Position numbers and translations under genes: made by a program
Source of the DNA: Eledone cirrhosa
Lineage: Eukaryota
NCBI GenBank assembly: GCA_964016885.1
Contig: OZ024743.1
Coordinates: 101,308,001-101,372,000 of the forward strand
Reading direction: 5' to 3'
Length of the DNA: 64,000 nt
Shown here: in pieces, positions 31,212-45,377 of the stretch
Layout: the number at the start of each line of letters is the position of its first letter
Position numbering within the stretch: position 1 is the first letter of the stretch
Notes under the pieces: model-generated
What the model saw: the letters and a program-made list of their open reading frames with translations, nothing else
Told to the model about the DNA's origin: nothing
Database searches by the model: none

Positions 31212-33024
31212 ATCTCTACAAAAACAGACATGGGACGTTGGAATATTTTATGCACGTGGTCTAAACTTTATCTCTATACTTCTACACTCCAATGGAAACA
31301 TCAAATGGTTCGACATTTCTATTATAGTCACAGATTGAGTCCCCCCACCCCCTCCCCCCACTAAAAAAGATAAAAACAATAATAATTGTTTCTACTTTTG
31401 GCACAAGGCCAGCAATAACCCAGTAGATTACTGGTACTTTATTTTATCGACCCCGTAAGGATGAGAGGCAAACTTAACCTCGGCGGGATTTGAACTCAGA
31501 ATGGCAAGGGCCGTAACTCTATACGTCAAAGCATGGCGTCCGACCCTCTACCGATACTGCCAATTCACCGCCCTAATAAAAACAATAATAATAATAATAA
31601 AAACAACAATAATAATGATTTCTGATTTAGACACAAGACCAATAATTTTAGTGGAGGGAAAGTCGATTAAATCAACCCCAGTGTATTACTGGTGCTTTAT
31701 TTATCGACCCCGTAAGGATGAAAGGCAAAGCTAACCTCGGGGGATTTGAACTTAGAACGTAAAGGGCCGTAACTCTATGCTATGAAGCATAGTGCCCGAC
31801 GCTCTACCGGTACTGCCAATCCAATAATTCCATGAATAATTAGTAGGATGGTATTGATGAAGGTCAAGTATTTGACAAGTTATTCAGTTATACTTGATAT
31901 TCAAATATCTCGACTGTGTATTTTAATTAAAGGTTTTCGTTGTTATTTTATATTTTTACGATGATGAGGATGTACTCCACCTCCACCCCGCCTTCCACAT
32001 CCCTGATACACCTTTCCTGTTTAACCCAGGCATACATGGAAAGCCCCCCCCCCCCCCATAGTGCTGGTACTACAACAACAAAAGCTCTCAGTCCACCCTG
32101 TAAAGTAGTCGTGCTGGTACTACGACAAAAATGCACCCATTCCCCCTGTTGGATTTCACTTAAAAATAAATATTTTTTTTAATTTTTAGGAGCTTATTAA
32201 TTAATTTATTCATTTGTTTATTAATTAATTAATTTATTTATTTATTCACTCATTCATAAACAAATTTCTTTGTGTCCCATTCTGCAAGGGAAAGAGAATG
32301 TCTAACAATTTCTACATTGCTTCTTTATAAATACATAATTCCTTGGTTTAATCACATGTAGACGTGCACTTGTAAATAATACATGTCTGTAAATATGTAC
32401 TCACACTTACAAACATATACTCACAAATATGCACTCAAACTGGCACTTCACGTAGATAATCAAAAATGTATTCATGAGTGAATAATCTAAACTATAATAA
32501 AGTAAGGAGTGTGGGACTGCGTCCAGAATATATTTTTTTATCCCGTTTGTAAAATAAGTTGGATTACTTTGAATATATAATTGTTTCTACTTTTGGCACA
32601 AGGCCAGCAATTATCCAGTACATTACTGGTACTTTATTTTATCGACCCCATAAGGATGAAAGGCAAAGTTAACCTCGGCGGGATTTGAACTCAGAATGGC
32701 AAGGGCCGTTGAATATATAATGAATTAATATTACATAATTTATCTATTCAATTTCGTTAAAAAAAATAATTTCGTAAAAATAAATAATTTCAAATTGACT
32801 TCTTTTCAAAGTTGCACTTCCGGTATATCGTCGGCACCACCACCACTTCAACTACCATATATATATATATAGAAAGAGAGAGTTTGTGATGAGAGAGATA
32901 GAGAGATTGTGATTTTCTACACCTGACGCGTATGATTGTGCACATACATACATCTATATGTATGAGTATATAACTATTTTGATACGCGTTTTGCTGCTAC
33001 CACTGTTGTTATGACTACCTCATA

Positions 33025-33064
<40 letters not shown>

Positions 33065-33212
33065 TCTCTCTCTCTCACTCTCTATGTTTTATTGTGTGAC
33101 CGTAAAAAAGTCGCCATGTTGTTATTGTAAGAGACAAGCATTGGAAAGTCCTAATACATGAAAGATGATAGAAATCTGTATTTCTTCACGAAATACAGAT
33201 AACATGAAAGAA

Positions 33213-33278
<66 letters not shown>

Positions 33279-33539
33279 CATCGACAATTCTAACAACTAC
33301 CACTAATTCTTCAACTACGTCTTCATCACCACCACCACCACCAACAAGAACAACAACAACGACTACTACTACTACTACCACTACTACTACTACATAGTAA
33401 TAATAATAAATTTGAAGACTAAAATCCAAAGAGGGCTCGATAAGGATAAATATATATCAAATATATAGGAACCGTAGAAGATCCCGTTAAGGGTGAAAGC
33501 AGCGATTCTTTGCTTAAACTTTAACCAGTTATTTAAATA

Positions 33540-34910
<1,371 letters not shown>

Positions 34911-35398
34911 ATCTTTAAGTCGTTTGGAAGCCTCGACAATGCAAATGGGTAAATCTCCGGGTAACAAGATCCGGTGGTGGAGAGAGGGATGTAAGTGGGT
35001 GTACGTTGAGATGCGTGGTGTGTATAAGATGTGTAGAAGAATGAAGGAAAGAGTATATATATATATATACACACACATACACAAAACCATATATACAAAC
35101 AAATAAATATAAATATACACAGAGAGAGGACAAGTAATCGCACCTACACACAGCGATATGCATACAAACGAACGGCCACTCATACAAATACATACAAATA
35201 AGTACTCATAAATATATGCATATACACAGGCACATAAAAACAGCTCTACAAGCAGAAAATTCAGATAGGTAAGAGGTACTCACATAACCATAGTGGCCGT
35301 ATTTCAGGTTGAGGAGGGTGGGGGTGGGGTGGGAAGGAGGTAGAGGGGCTAAAAGGGGGAAGAAAACATGGCGTACTGCGTGGTTGCAGATGGGTTAC

Positions 35399-35762
35399 AT
35401 ATGAATAAATGTATTCCTTCATCAGTGATCTTCTAGCTTTCATTGGTATTTCATCGCTTTAAAGACCATATACCTCTGGTTGGTGCGAGCAACTGATAAA
35501 GAAAGTCGTTGGGACACATAAATAGGGGGAACGAGCGAGACAGTAAACAACCAAAGATGGTAATGCAACGAAAAGTGCTTCCTCACTTTTCGTTGCATTA
35601 CCATATTTGTTTGTTTACTGTCTCGCTCGTTCCCCCTATTTATGTGTCCCAACGACTTTCTTTAGCCGTTGTTCGCACCAACCAGAGGTATATGGTCTTT
35701 AAAGCGATGAAATACCAATGAAGGTTGGAAGATCACTGATGAAGGACTACATTTATTCATAT
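35399..35762. repeat. Fold-back palindrome, ~180-bp arms, 6-nt loop
   Basis: 35399-35577 is the near-perfect reverse complement of 35584-35762. Confidence 0.92.
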
Positions 35763-35893
35763 ATATATATATATATATATAAATATATATATATACTTTT
35801 TTTTTTTTTTTTTTTTTTTTTTAGTTTTAACATATATTTATTTCTAAGATTTCACCGTAGAGATAACATATATTTATACATACATGACAGAAA

Positions 35894-38800
35894 GTGAATA
35901 TGGGACGCAGAAAACATTTCTCATCTAAATCCCAACGCATGGCAGCAGACGCACAACGACAAAGAGAGAAGAGGGCAAATCAATCAAACAATAATCGCTC
36001 TACAACATCCCAACAAATTTCTACAAATGTAATTCAGTTAACACACCAACAACAACTTGCAACAATTACACCAAACGTTCAGAGAGGATGGAACAGGTCA
36101 ATTGAAGGTCTGGCAAAGAATCCTACAGATGAACCTTTCCAAAAGCAAACTGTTCTTTCCATAATGCTACAACATAATGCAGGGAGTCCCTTTGCCTCTG
36201 TTTGTCCGCACTGCAAAGCTTATCGCTGGCCGCATGAACCCAAATCTCTGTGCTGCTTCCAGGGAAAAGTGAAATTCCCTCAACTTCCTCCTCCTCCACC
36301 AAATATACTGAAATATTTCGATATCACTCAAGCAGGAAATTCTTTTCTCCATAAGATACGTGCATATAACAATGTGCTTGCCTTAGCTTCAATTGGTTGC
36401 ACAGAAATTAAAGCACCAGGATTTAGTCCCACATTTAAGATCCAAAGTAAGATTTGTCATATTTTTGGATCACTACTTCCAAGTGATGCTTCACCCAAGT
36501 TTGATCAGCTTTACTCCTATGATACACACCATGAGCTTCAGAATCGCTTGCATCATGCTAATTTAGATGCTGCTGTCCTGCAGGACCTGTAAGAAGACTT
36601 GCACTACTGCAACACCTATATAAGAAGCTTCAAGTCAGTCATTGAAATGCCAGTCTCTGAAAATGTGAATATATCCTACATGCTGACAAAGTAAAACCCA
36701 CTGATTTTCATTGTCGCACATATAATCTTCCCATGGCATCTAAGATTGCTGTTATTCAACCTGATACAGCATTAGGTCTTTTGGATGTCATCATTCATAA
36801 AAGAGATGGTGGTCTTCAGAGGATTCATCAGTTGCACCGTTCTTATGATCCTCTGCATTATGTGCTACTGTTTCCTTGGGGGAATGATGGGTTTCAGGTT
36901 TGTTTGAAAAGGATTGACAACAACCACACACTCACACCCACTGATCTCTACTGTTATCGGTTTCAGGTTAGGCAAGGTGACTGTAACATTATCATGAAGA
37001 GCAGGCGGCTGATGCAGCAATATGCTGTAGATTCCCAGGCAAAAATAGAACATTGTCGCCTCAAATGAGCCCGTAACAATCAAACCATGATACGAGCTGA
37101 AAAGTATGAGGGTTTGTATGATGCTGTGGCTGAAGGAGATTCAGTAAATGCAGGCCGGAGAATTGTTCTTCTTCCTTCAATCTATGGTTCCCCTCGCTTC
37201 TACAGTGAGTGCTTTCAGAATTCGATGACTGTGGTTCGACACATGGGAAAGCCATCATATTTCATCACGGTAACAACTAACCCTAACTGGGATGAAATAA
37301 AAAATAGTTTGCACCCTGGTCAAGAACCTAGAGACCGTCCTGATATTTGTGCAAGAGTCTTCAAGATCAAGTATGACAGCCTCATGGATGACATACTGAA
37401 AAATAATGTACTAGGAAAAGTTGTGACTCATTCTGCTACAATAGAGTAGTAGAAATGAGACCTCACTCATGCTCATATTCTGCTGATAATGGCTGAAAAT
37501 AGCAAACCCAAACTGCTGATGCCATTGATCAGGTAGTGTACTGTGAGATTCCTGATAAAGAGACCAATCCAATTCTGCATAAGATCATCACATCCTGCAA
37601 CATTCATGGCCAATGTGGACAAGCTAATATGATGTGCCCATGTATGGAAGGGCTAGGACAACAACGCCATTGCTCAAAAAGTTATCCCAAGTCATTCAGA
37701 CAAACCACATTTCCGGAGTATAGAAGAAGAGATAGACAGCATGGTGGTCACACCCATACAATCCAACTTAAAGGTCAAGAATTTACTGTTGATAATCGTT
37801 GGATTGTTCCATACAACCCTTTCCTCTCATTGAGATATCAGTGCCACATCAATTGTGAGGTTGTCCACAGTGTCAAGGCTGTTAAGTACTTATATAAGTA
37901 CATCATGAAAGGATCAGACAAGATCACTTTCACTATTAAGGATGATCAAGGAAATTGTGTCCATGCCCAAAATGAGATTGAGACCTATATCAATGCACGG
38001 TATATCTCAGCCAGTGAAGCATTCTGGAGAATCTATAAATTTCCATTACATCATCGAAAACCGCCAGTTGAAAAGTTGCCTTGCCATTTACCTGGGGAAC
38101 AAATGGTCGTGTATGAGCGAGGGCAGGAAGAAAGTGTTGTTCCTAGGGGGCAGCCAATGACTAAGTTGGCGGAATATTTTCAACTGAATATTAGAGACCC
38201 ACTGGCACAAAACATATTGTATATTGATATTCCTAAATATTTCACTTGGACAAACAAAAGGTGGCAAAGAATTAAAAAAGGGACATCTGGATGGTGATGA
38301 ACAATTTATGAGTGAATCTCTTGGACGCATTACAACAGTACCTCTCAGTAGACATCAATCTGAATTATATTACCTCAGAATGATCCTACATCACAAGGGT
38401 AGGTCAACTTCATACAAAGAATTGAGGACAATTGAAGGCGTTGAATTTCCAACATTCCAAGAAGCATGCAGGAAACTTGGTCTGTCAGATGAAGATGTAG
38501 AAAAAGACAAAGCTATGGAAGGGGCCTCATCCATTATGCTTGGTCCTCAGCTGCGAGAGATCTTCTGCACCATTTTATTGTACTGCATGCCAAATGACCC
38601 TCTGCAGTTCTGGGAGAAATGGAAGAATTGTCTTGCAGAGGATATCATGCATGAACGTCGTGAGCACATCATGTCCATGCAAACCGTCAAGATTGTTTTA
38701 CAGAAGATCCAACAAAGACTTCAACATGATGGATTGGACATTCATGCCAACTATGGACTTCCTCGGCCAGACCCAACTATTGTTGCCATACCAGAAATCA

Positions 38801-40440
38801 ACTGGGTTCTTATGGCAGAAACTGATTTCAATACACACCAACTGCAAGCAAACATAAATGAACTTCTGCCAACATTGAATCCTGAGCAACTGGTTATTTT
38901 TCACAAAGTAATCACCTCGGTAAATGAAAATGAAGGCAGAATTTTATGCTTGAATGCAAGTGCAGGTACAGGAAAGACCTATGTCATAAACATCCTATTG
39001 GATTGCCTCCGATCTAAAAAGAAAAATTGCACTTGCCACTGCCATATCTGGAATAGCAGCCACTTTGCTTCACAAAGGTAGAACTCTTCATTCCAAGTGC
39101 AAGATTCCTCTCAATGTAACTGCTGAATCAACTTGCTTCTTCACAAAGAAGGATGGCACAGGTAAACTTATGCAGCAAGCTGACCTGCTAATCATTGATG
39201 AGATAGGTTTGGGACATAAGCATATCTTTGAATGCCTTGACAGGAGATTCAAAGATGTTCGAGATTGCAAAAAGCCATTTGGTGGTCTAACAGTAATACT
39301 ATCTGGTGACTAGAAGCAAATTCTTCCAGCTGTACGTCATGGTGCTAGACCACAAATAGTTGAGGCAACCATCAAGAGATCCTATCTCTGGGACTATGTG
39401 GAAACCATGGAGATGACAACCAATCAACTGTTAATTAATGCAGAGGATTCTGATGAAACACAGTTTGCAAACTACCTTCTTGATGTGGGAAATGGTAGCA
39501 TTCCAACTATTCCAACTGTGGGTGCATTCACAATTCTTCTGCCAAATGAACTTTGTCTGGAATATGGTAATGTGTCTGGCCTGTGTGATTTTGTGTATAC
39601 AAATCTTCCAGGAAACTACACAAACCCACTATGGCTTGCAAATAGAGTCATTATCAATCCAACAAATGATGCAGCAAGATTGGTGAATGAGTTCATAGTC
39701 AACAAGTTCTCTGATCATGAAATAATCTACAGAAGCTCTCATACAGTAGATAATTGTTTCTACTTTTGGCACAAGGCCAGCAATTACCCAGTACATTACT
39801 GGTACTTTATTTTATCGACCCCGTAAGGATGAAAGGCAAAGTTAACCTCGGCGAGATTTGAACTCAGACCGTAAAGGGACGTAACTATGCTGGAAAGCAT
39901 GGCGTCCGACTCTCTACCAATACTGCCAATCCACCGCCAGTAGATAATGAATTGCAATATCCAATTGAGTTCATCAACAAACTTACCCTATCAGGCTTCC
40001 CAACACACATACTTAAACTGAAGAAAGGCAGTTGCATCATGCTTCTGAGAAATCTGGATCCTCTAAACGGGCATTGCAATGGTACACGCTACATCATCAT
40101 CAGTTTACATAATCATGTAATTGAAGCTAAAGTGGCATTGGGTCCCAATGCTGGAACAAGGTTGCTAATCCCAAGGATACCACATGTATCTCAAGAGCTT
40201 TAGTTCCCTTTCACCTTTACTCGCAAACAATTTCCTGTCAAACCAGCCTTTGCCCTTACCATGCAACAAGGCACAAGGACAGACATTTGAAAAGATAGGT
40301 GTATATCTACCAACACAATTCTTTTCACATGGTCAAATGTATGTTGCATTATCACGAGTTACAAAATAAGAAAATATAAAAATATTAAATGAACGGGGTC
40401 TGTTTGCTGACAACTGTGTCTACAAAGAAATTCTACAGTG
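35894..40440 (+). pseudogene. Helitron RepHel pseudogene (stops, frameshifts, SINE insertion)
   Basis: ORF fragments at 35894, 36733, 37087, 37536, 38224, 39065, 39398, 39952 and 40184 are collinear with RepHel. Confidence 0.9.
39755..39937 (-). mobile_element. Full-length SINE with 11-bp target-site duplication inside the Helitron helicase
   Basis: TSD CAGTAGATAAT at 39744-39754 and 39938-39948. Removing the insert restores ...SHTVDNELQYPIEFINKL. Confidence 0.9.
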
Positions 40441-41624
40441 ACGAGAAACAGCTATCACTCTCTTTTAGTTGAAATGCATTTCAGTTTCTTTTTAACTGCT
40501 AGAAAAGGGACACTACAAAAACCTAAGAAGTCTATATGTGAATACAGTAAAACAACAATATAGCGAAGGTCAACTCTTCATATTGGTAAATGTAATTCAT
40601 TCATTCATACCAGCAGCATCTATTTTCAAATTCACTGCTTGAAGCGTCCCATCGACATTTTCAAGTGAAGATTCGTGAACATTTTCCGTCAACGGTTTCA
40701 TCGCTTTTCCATCTCTGTTATCGCTTTTTTTAAAATGTATCATGGATTACTTTACTGATTACAGAAGTAAGTGTAACACAGTCTTTGTTCAGTTTATGTG
40801 CATATTGTCAATACGTATTATATCTATTTACGTATTATATCTATGTGCATATATATTTGCGTATATCAATATACACACTATACATGCTAGCAGAAAACCG
40901 CCCGGAGGGGGGTTCTACTGCTAGTATTATTAATGATTTTATGCAGTATAAGTAGAGAGTCGGACGCCATGCTTTGCAGCATAGAGTTACGTCTCTTTAC
41001 GGTCTGAGTTCAAATCCCGCCGAGGTTAACTTTGCCTTTTATCCTTACGGGGTAGATAAAGTAAAGTACCAGTAATGCACTGGGTAATTGCTGGCCTTGT
41101 GCCAAAAATAGAAACAGTTATTATAATATTATTATCTCTCACGAATACATTTAGGTATCCAACATGTTAAGAATGAAAACAAATTTCGTTTTTTTTATTT
41201 TCGGCAAAGCCGGTCGTAAAATCGCTCGGTATGCAAATGAGGCTAATCAGCCGATGTATACATTTGAGAATACTATATATTCTCAACAGTTCCAGCTGGT
41301 AACAATCACCAGAATACACAATCAATAATGATATTATAGAATTTTCAAAGAATCAAAGATAATCAAATGTCATCCATTATAATAATGGGCTGAAACCCAA
41401 GGACACAAAAAAGTCATTACGTCCTGGGAGAAAGGCACAGCGGGCCAAACGTGAGAGGGGGAACGTGATTTCCAGTTAAAATGCTAGTCTGAAATTCAGC
41501 TGATACGCTACTTTATTATTATTTTCGTGGCATAGAGTTACGACTCTTTACATTCTGAGTTCAAATCCTGCCGAGGTTAACTTTGCCATTCATCCTTACG
41601 GGATCGATAAAATAAAGTACACAC

Positions 41625-41826
41625 AGGGCCATACCCCCCCCCCATAATTATATTATATCTCCCCAAACAACCAAAACATCCATTTGCATATGTGCTACAA
41701 TTTATGTACATGTAGATGTAGAGAGGGGGATTGGAAGAGAGTTCCGTGTAGTAGATATAGAGAGGGGGAGAGTTTGGTGTTAATAGTAGATATAGAGAGG
41801 GGTTTGGAAGAGAGTTTGGTGTAGTA
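41625..41826 (-). mobile_element. Empty copy of the Tx1 host repeat (right end + tandem units)
   Basis: The reverse complement matches 30962-31185 (ATAATTATATT..CTCCCCAAAC.ACCAAAACA.., GGAAGAGAGTT..GTGTAGTAGATATAGAGAGGGGG). Confidence 0.75.
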
Positions 41827-42345
41827 TGACGCTCAAGATACCAAGCAATTGTATTGATCCCGGGACCTTAAGATTGCAAACCGAACTCCTTAGCCATTCA
41901 GCCAGGCTGTCTACTATTTAGTTGAAACAGCCACACAACCGCACACAACTACATGCGCCCCCCCCCCCCCCCCCCCTCCCCATGCGACTTATCTGCTTAA
42001 ACTTCAGTTCAAAATATATAGTATATTGTAAATGTATGTAAAATGGAGATGCGATTTATGCATAGGTGTAGATGATATATCTAAGATAGCAGTAAGTACT
42101 ATGTTATACATCTCAACATTCTTATAAAAAAAAGAATATTTTTATTTTAAAAAAAGAATTCAAGGGAAGCAACTCTGTATAAGGGGGAACAATTAAAAAT
42201 TATTTAAAACTTAGTCATCAGTTTTCACTTCGTTTACCTCATGCTGAAAATAGCTACCCAACTCCCTCCACCCATACATTATAATTTTCAACAAACTCAA
42301 AAAGGACATATTAGTTAATGTAGTCGTAGATAAATCAATTTAGAG

Positions 42346-42525
42346 CAGTGGTTCCTAACTTTTCTCTATCAAAGATTCTCACCTATTGTGTTATACGGCG
42401 ATGATAAAGAGATAAATGTTTATACTTAAAGAAGAATTAACTCGCTATAGTATGTGTATGTTATGTTTTTAACAAAGTACTTAAAATTTTGAACTTAACA
42501 CACGGCCCCCAGGCTGGAATCGCTG
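42346..42525. mobile_element. hAT/Charlie-like MITE
   Basis: TIRs CAGTGGTTCC...GGAATCGCTG; degenerate 8-bp flanks ATTTAGAG/ATCTAAAA. Confidence 0.5.
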
Positions 42526-43732
42526 ATCTAAAAAAAATCAAAACGACACATTGGAGTTTTTATCTGCAGTGTACTTAAATACAATTTACACCGTCTTCTA
42601 TACAATTTGTTTTTCATTTCTTCTCTTGTCTCTTCCAATATAATAACTAAGTGAAAGAATGCAGTTAAATTAATAGGATCTTAATTTAATAGATATTCAC
42701 ACACACACACACATCTATATATAGATATATACATCACCGGTACTGTTTTTAGGTGAGCTTTTCAGTTACATTACTTTCTTAATATTCGCGAGAAGACCAC
42801 GTGTTTATTATATTGTAAATAATAATTGTTTCTACTTTTGGCACAAGGCCATCAATTACACAGTACATTACTGGTACTTTATTTTAGCGACCCCGTAAGG
42901 ATGAAAGGCAAAGTTAACCTTGGCGGGATTTGTAAATAATAATAATGTTATACAACAGTTATTATTACAGATAATTGTATTATTTTCTTTCTCGTTATCT
43001 AAGGCAGTTATTATACATCTTTACGTCTTATGGTATTACACTCAAGCATGTATTGTCCGGTAATAAATGATTTAAAAATAAGTAACCAAAGCTATGCGGT
43101 GCCTTTTCGTTTCCAGAGCCCCCGAAAGTCAAACTGTCGAATTTGGAAGAGGAAACTTTACCAAAGAAAATAAGAAATTTTTTTACGTATTAAGTTTAGA
43201 GTTGTACATACATACATCAGTCAACATTTAACAATATTATCTAGTCTTTATAAACAGTTTATCTCAGACTACATCATCCATTCTGTCCTCTCTCTTTTTT
43301 AATGACGGCTAGGTATGATTATCAGAGATTTGGCTGTTATTTAAGCGATTTGTTTTCTGTGAACTGAAAAATTACTCGAACGAATAGGCTATATAGTCAG
43401 TAAACCCTAAAGGGACGCAACACACATCGCTATAGCGTTTAACCAGCCCATTCTGTTGTCTGTATCTGTTTACGCGTAGATGTATGTAACTAAAGCGTAA
43501 CGTAGTTACGAATGGATGACTAAATGATTTTAACTTGTTTTTTTTTTTAACAATTTATGGTGGAAAAGATTTCAAATTGTCTTAAATCGGACCACAACTC
43601 ATGGTACCTGACACTCTTACCGGCTACATAGCCTCTTCCAAAATTGTAGGAACCAAACTATTTCCTTCACCTCTCATAGTCGTGTTTTCCTATCTTTTGT
43701 AGATATAGAAAGACTGTGATTCTGTTATCAAG

Positions 43733-44474
43733 ATGAATAAATATTTACATAAAGTTTTAAAAGACAACAAACAACTTCTGGAAACCAATTTAGTTCCTGA
43801 ACCTGTCATCGAATGTATGTTGGAGTCGTGTGCCCTGACACCTGATGATCAAGAACACTTGGAAGTAGGACTTTCTTTTGTTTATCATGTCTCTGTTCTC
43901 TATTATTTAATCATTGTTGTGTGTATCTGATTTAGAATAGGTATACTGTATCCCTGCATGTAAGGGACGACTTAAAGGGTTGGTGCCAGGAAGGGAACCT
44001 GTCCGAAAAACGTCTTAAAAAGGACCCCATGATGAGTATGAAACCTATCATTGGATCCATCATGCTAACCCTGCTAAAACTGAGAAAACGGCCTTAAAAT
44101 GTTTGCGTTTTGGAGGTATTCCTGGGGTTGATATAATCTATTTCCTCTTCTTCCCAAATTGCTGGCCTTGTGCTAAAATTAGAACCCATTAATTAACCCC
44201 AAAATGCAGAGAACCTGAAGAAATCTCAAGGAGCATTTCATCTGGTGCTCAAAGAAGGCTGCCATTTTGCTGCCTTGTTCTCTCCCATAAATAACTAATT
44301 GTGTTTTCTCTATGTAGCAAGAAGATGAAAGAAAGACCAAAGTGAAAAAGTTACTCAAAATGGTTGAAAAGAAAGGCATCAAATGTTTTGAATCTTTTTT
44401 GGATGCTCTGGTTCGCACAGACAATACCAACTTAGCTAATGCTCTGAAGGAAAGTCAGAAGGTTCCCACAACAG
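43733..44474 (+). CDS. CARD (death-fold) domain exons 1-2
   Basis: MNKYLHKVLKDNKQLLETNLVPEPVIECMLESCALTPDDQEHLE|QEDERKTKVKKLLKMVEKKGIKCFESFLDALVRTDNTNLANALKE fits the CARD pattern L..N+..L...L / LT.DD.E / K...LL....KG...F..FL.AL.....LA..L. Confidence 0.8.
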
Positions 44475-45340
44475 GTGAGTGTTTAACTAAATGTTTAGCC
44501 TTAGCTCAGCTTTCATTGATTTGAACTATGGAGGATTGGCTGCTATTTCTAGTGGGTTGAGTAACATCCCTTGTTGGCCTGTATATCTAATATTGATCCA
44601 GGAGATAGTAGAGGCTCAGGAAAACCAAAAAGGACTTTGATGGAAGATGCCCATTGGGATCAAGCTAGGCTTGGCCTGCTCAAAGTAAGACTGGCAGACA
44701 GAAACACATGGAGCGTTGTTGGGCAGGACCCACCCCTACTTAGGGATTAATTGTGTGCTGCATAATGGAAAACTGGATGATGATGATATTTGTGTGTGTA
44801 GGCAAATGTCTTCTATAGCCTCAGGCCAACCAATGCCCTGTGAGTGAATTTGGTAGATTGAAACTATGAGGCAACCCATTGTATATAATATATCCAGTCC
44901 ACCCTCTTAGGTGGTTGTTCTGGTGCAACAATGAAAAGCACCCAATCTACTCTGTATAATGGTAGTGGCTCCCAGTACGCTCTGCAATGTGGTTGGTGTC
45001 AGGAAGGGCATCCAACTGTAGAAACCAAACCAAGAACAGATCCATATGAGTAAGACATAGTCACCTGATATTGCTCGCTTCATCCAACCTACACAAACTT
45101 GGAAAATAGACGTTAAATAATAATTGTTTCTACTATTGGCACAAGGCCAGCAATTACCCAGTACATTACTGGTACTTTATTTTATCGACCCCGTAAGGAT
45201 GAAAGGCAAAGTTAACCTCGGCGGGATTTGAACTCAGAATGGCAAGGGCCGTAACTCTATGCGTCAAAGCAAGGCGTCCGGCCCTCTACCGATACTGCCA
45301 ATTCACCGCCCTTCACCTACTATGATAATAATAATAATGA

Positions 45341-45377
<37 letters not shown>

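Larger units (their letters stand above)
35790..40924 (+). mobile_element. Decayed autonomous-type Helitron (Rep + PIF1 helicase)
   Basis: Zinc motif CPHCKA..W..E...CC; Rep motifs YFITVTTNPNW, LTHAHILL (~37462) and KYLYKYI; helicase motifs ASAGTGKT, IIDEIG, PFGG...GD, LCNGTR-like [22 protein letters not shown]. 3' hairpin AACCGCCCGGAGGGGGGTT + CTAG|T at 40921-40924. The 5' end is obscured by (TA)n/poly-T. Confidence 0.92.

Noticed and set aside
41200-41480. CpG-containing stretch with an octamer ATGCAAAT as promoter of the CARD-POLR1D gene
   Set aside because: A single short motif more than 2 kb upstream among repeats; cannot be supported from sequence alone.
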